Below, in pieces: positions 32,820-35,263 of a stretch of DNA of 35,263 nt. The DNA lies in the NCBI GenBank assembly GCA_032718475.1, contig JAUCBJ010000526.1, positions 1-35,263 of the forward strand, read 5' to 3'. The notes below the pieces were generated by a model. The model saw only the letters and a program-made list of their open reading frames with translations. It was not told where the DNA came from and did no database searches. The translations under genes were made by a program, and so were the position numbers. The first letter of the stretch is position 1, and each line of letters starts with the position of its first letter. The stretch comes from Nemertoderma westbladi (lineage: Eukaryota; Animalia; Xenacoelomorpha).

Positions 32820-35263
32820 ATAATATCATTTAATAGGGTGTTGGAGAACCTGGGGTGGACATTGCTGACCATAATTCCCCGTCTGCTCTCTAGGTATTTC
32901 CAACAAACACAGGCGTTGAATCGATCGGGTCAGTACTTTCCCTTCACATCTACTGATCTTACGAGGCTATCTGTGCTACGGTACACACGGGTGACTCTGC
33001 CAGTCAGCCAGTATTTACGTGGGTAACCCTCGTCTACAATAAGGACGTAGTCATCTTCTGCTACATTACGGCTATCACTGAACCACTTAGTTCTTAATGT
33101 TTTAGAAGGTATGTACTGTTCTATAAAGTATCTACGAAATGAATCAGCTAATTTCTGAGTCAAATGCCATTGCTGTTTATGATAATCGTCTGCTTCTTTG
33201 ATGATTGATACTGGTACCATTACAGCTGGCCTTTGCATCAGAAAATGAGCTGGTGTTAGTACACCCATGGAATGAGGATCTGAACTTATTGGAGTAAGTG
33301 GTCTACTGTTAGTTATACATTCTACTTCCATCAATAGAGTTCGTAAAACTTCTTCAGACACATAAACTTTCGCTGGTAAAACACTCAATAAGGCGGTTTT
33401 TGTGCTACGTATAAGTCGTTCGTAAGCACCTCCATACCAGGGACTCTCAGGCGGGTTATGATCAAATTCTACTTTGTTTACTTGTAAACAATGATCAACT
33501 TGAGTTTGATTCCAATCAGTTATAGATTTCTTCAGCAACTTCGACGCTCCAATGAAGTTAGTTCCTTGGTCGGATCGTAACCCTTTGCTTGTCCCAAATC
33601 GCCCAAAAAACCGTCTCATTGCTAGAATGAATGAATTGGTACTAAGGTTGCTCAGGAGATCCAAACATATTGCACGAAAGGTTAAGCAAGTCCAAATCAA
33701 CCCCCACCGTTTTGTGGTAATGCGACCACGTGTGACTAGCATTGGTCCAAATACATCAACGCCTGTATAAGTGAAGGCTGGCTCATAGCAACTTAAACGA
33801 TTCTTTGGTAAATCAGCTTCTCATTGGGTGAGTGGTTTACTGAAACGTTTTCTACACATAATGCATCCTTTGAGAATAAAATTTAGAGCCTTTCTAGGCT
33901 GGACTAAGAAATATTTACGTCGCAGTTGACTAAGGATGTGTTCTCTACCTATATGAAATAGGTTGTAATGAATATCCTGTATCAGCATCCGTTGTATTCT
34001 AGGGTCACGGATGATGATAGGAAATATCGCAGCGGCCGAAAGTGGTGCATGAGATAGTCTGCCTCCAACACATAGCAGACCATCTAGGTAAATGGTTGTC
34101 AATCTATCATTGAGTTTCATGCTTGGGTTCGTCTTTAGTAAATCGTAATCTTGGGGTTGTTGAGAACGTTGTACTGTAGCTAAAACTTCTCTCTCTGTCA
34201 CAGAAACTTCCCCCACAGTAACACGACCACAAAAGTACTGACATTTGTCATTTATGTGCCACATCCACAACCGTTTTAAGTATGTAACAGCCCAGCAAAA
34301 ATGTTCCCATGAGGAGTAATGATCCAAAGCCCTCTCCAAAAATGGTGAAAGATGGTTTCTGTCAGAATTATCTTTAGCTGATTCAGTAACTTGTACCTTT
34401 TCTGTTACTGTAATTAATTTTGATTTACTTGGTTTACCTTTCTTTCTAATTTCCGCTCCCGTGGCTCCCTTGCGTAGATCCTCAGTTGTTAGCTGTCGTG
34501 GCCATTTACTTTGTGGTAAGTGCAAAAATGATGGGCCTTTAAACCATTCAATTGTTGAGTTCAACTCTTTGGCGGAGGCACCCCTCGAAGCTATATCTGC
34601 CGGGTTAATCTCTCCTGGACAATATCTCCACTGATGGAACTTTGAAGTGTTCAAAATCTTCTCTCTTCGATTAGAAACAAAGATAGAGAATTGACATTTA
34701 GTATTTGATAAGTATTCCAACACCAGAAGCGCATCAGTGTGGTAAAATACTGTTAGATCAAAGTCTAAATACTCTAAGACATTATTGGCAACATCTGCCG
34801 CATATACTGCAGCTTGTAACTCAGCACGAGGCATCTTATCCTTGAGATATTTCGAAATTACCTTTGATTTACTTGTCATAAGAGTAACTTCCACATCGAC
34901 CTCTATTGTCGTTTCCTTTCGGAGATATGCTACAACTCCTAAACCCAAAGAACTGGCATCACTAAAGACGTGTAGTTGGTAAGGCTCATTTAGAGAAGCA
35001 TCCAAAAAATATGGTCTAGGAATTGTAATATTCTCCAATGATGGTAGCTCTTTTTCCCACTTCCACCAGTCTTTCAAAATGTGTGGGGGTAATGGGTCAT
35101 CCCAACCATAGTCTTCCTCCCACATGCGGCCCACTAAGTTACGTGCTACCAATGCCACTGGACTGACGAATCCAAGCGGATCAAAATTAGAGCTAAGTAT
35201 ACTTAAACACACTCTCTTACTTCGTTTTTCATCATTTCCGTCATTTTCATCATTTTCATCGGT
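32820..35263 (-). mobile_element. BEL/Pao LTR retrotransposon pol (RNase H/Peptidase_A17 region and integrase), runs off the window
   Basis: FDPLGFVSPV, LHVFSDAS, PRAELQAA, NPADIASRG, HHCC (H..H..CIMC), GVDVFGP, SDQGTNF, PWYGGAYERLIRS, NSRPL; one in-frame TGA at 33821-33823 and a frameshift near 32940. Confidence 0.95.

Noticed and set aside
33821-33823. Programmed readthrough of TGA in BEL pol
   Set aside because: Lies within the integrase, where BEL elements have a continuous ORF; more likely a nonsense mutation.

Overview
AT-rich, transposon-dense animal genomic DNA, probably a bilaterian invertebrate (spliceosomal introns, CTCF-like motifs). Host content: a TEX36/HDNR-family CDS, two fibrinogen-domain (FReD) paralogues (one truncated by a LINE), a decayed ALDH3 exon, and four duplicated Ser/Thr-rich micro-exons. 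The rest is nested mobile DNA: three copies of an APE-RT LINE family, RTE and CR1-group fragments, a MULE pseudogene, Tc1-like and hAT non-autonomous elements, Helentron-like elements, a truncated LTR with a tRNA-Trp PBS, the 3' half of a BEL/Pao element, and several minisatellites. Best candidate for a new system: the full-length LINE (13309-18510). Its AUG-less ORF2 lies in the -1 frame behind a slippery heptamer, also seen in a divergent copy. The 16 nt starting 6 nt after the heptamer are perfectly complementary to a 16-mer about 4 kb away near the element's 3' end, suggesting a long-range frameshift stimulator. Also notable: two inverted Penelope-type minimal hammerhead ribozymes and a 1.9-kb self-complementary satellite. 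All calls were made by eye without database searches; element boundaries may be off by a few bases.
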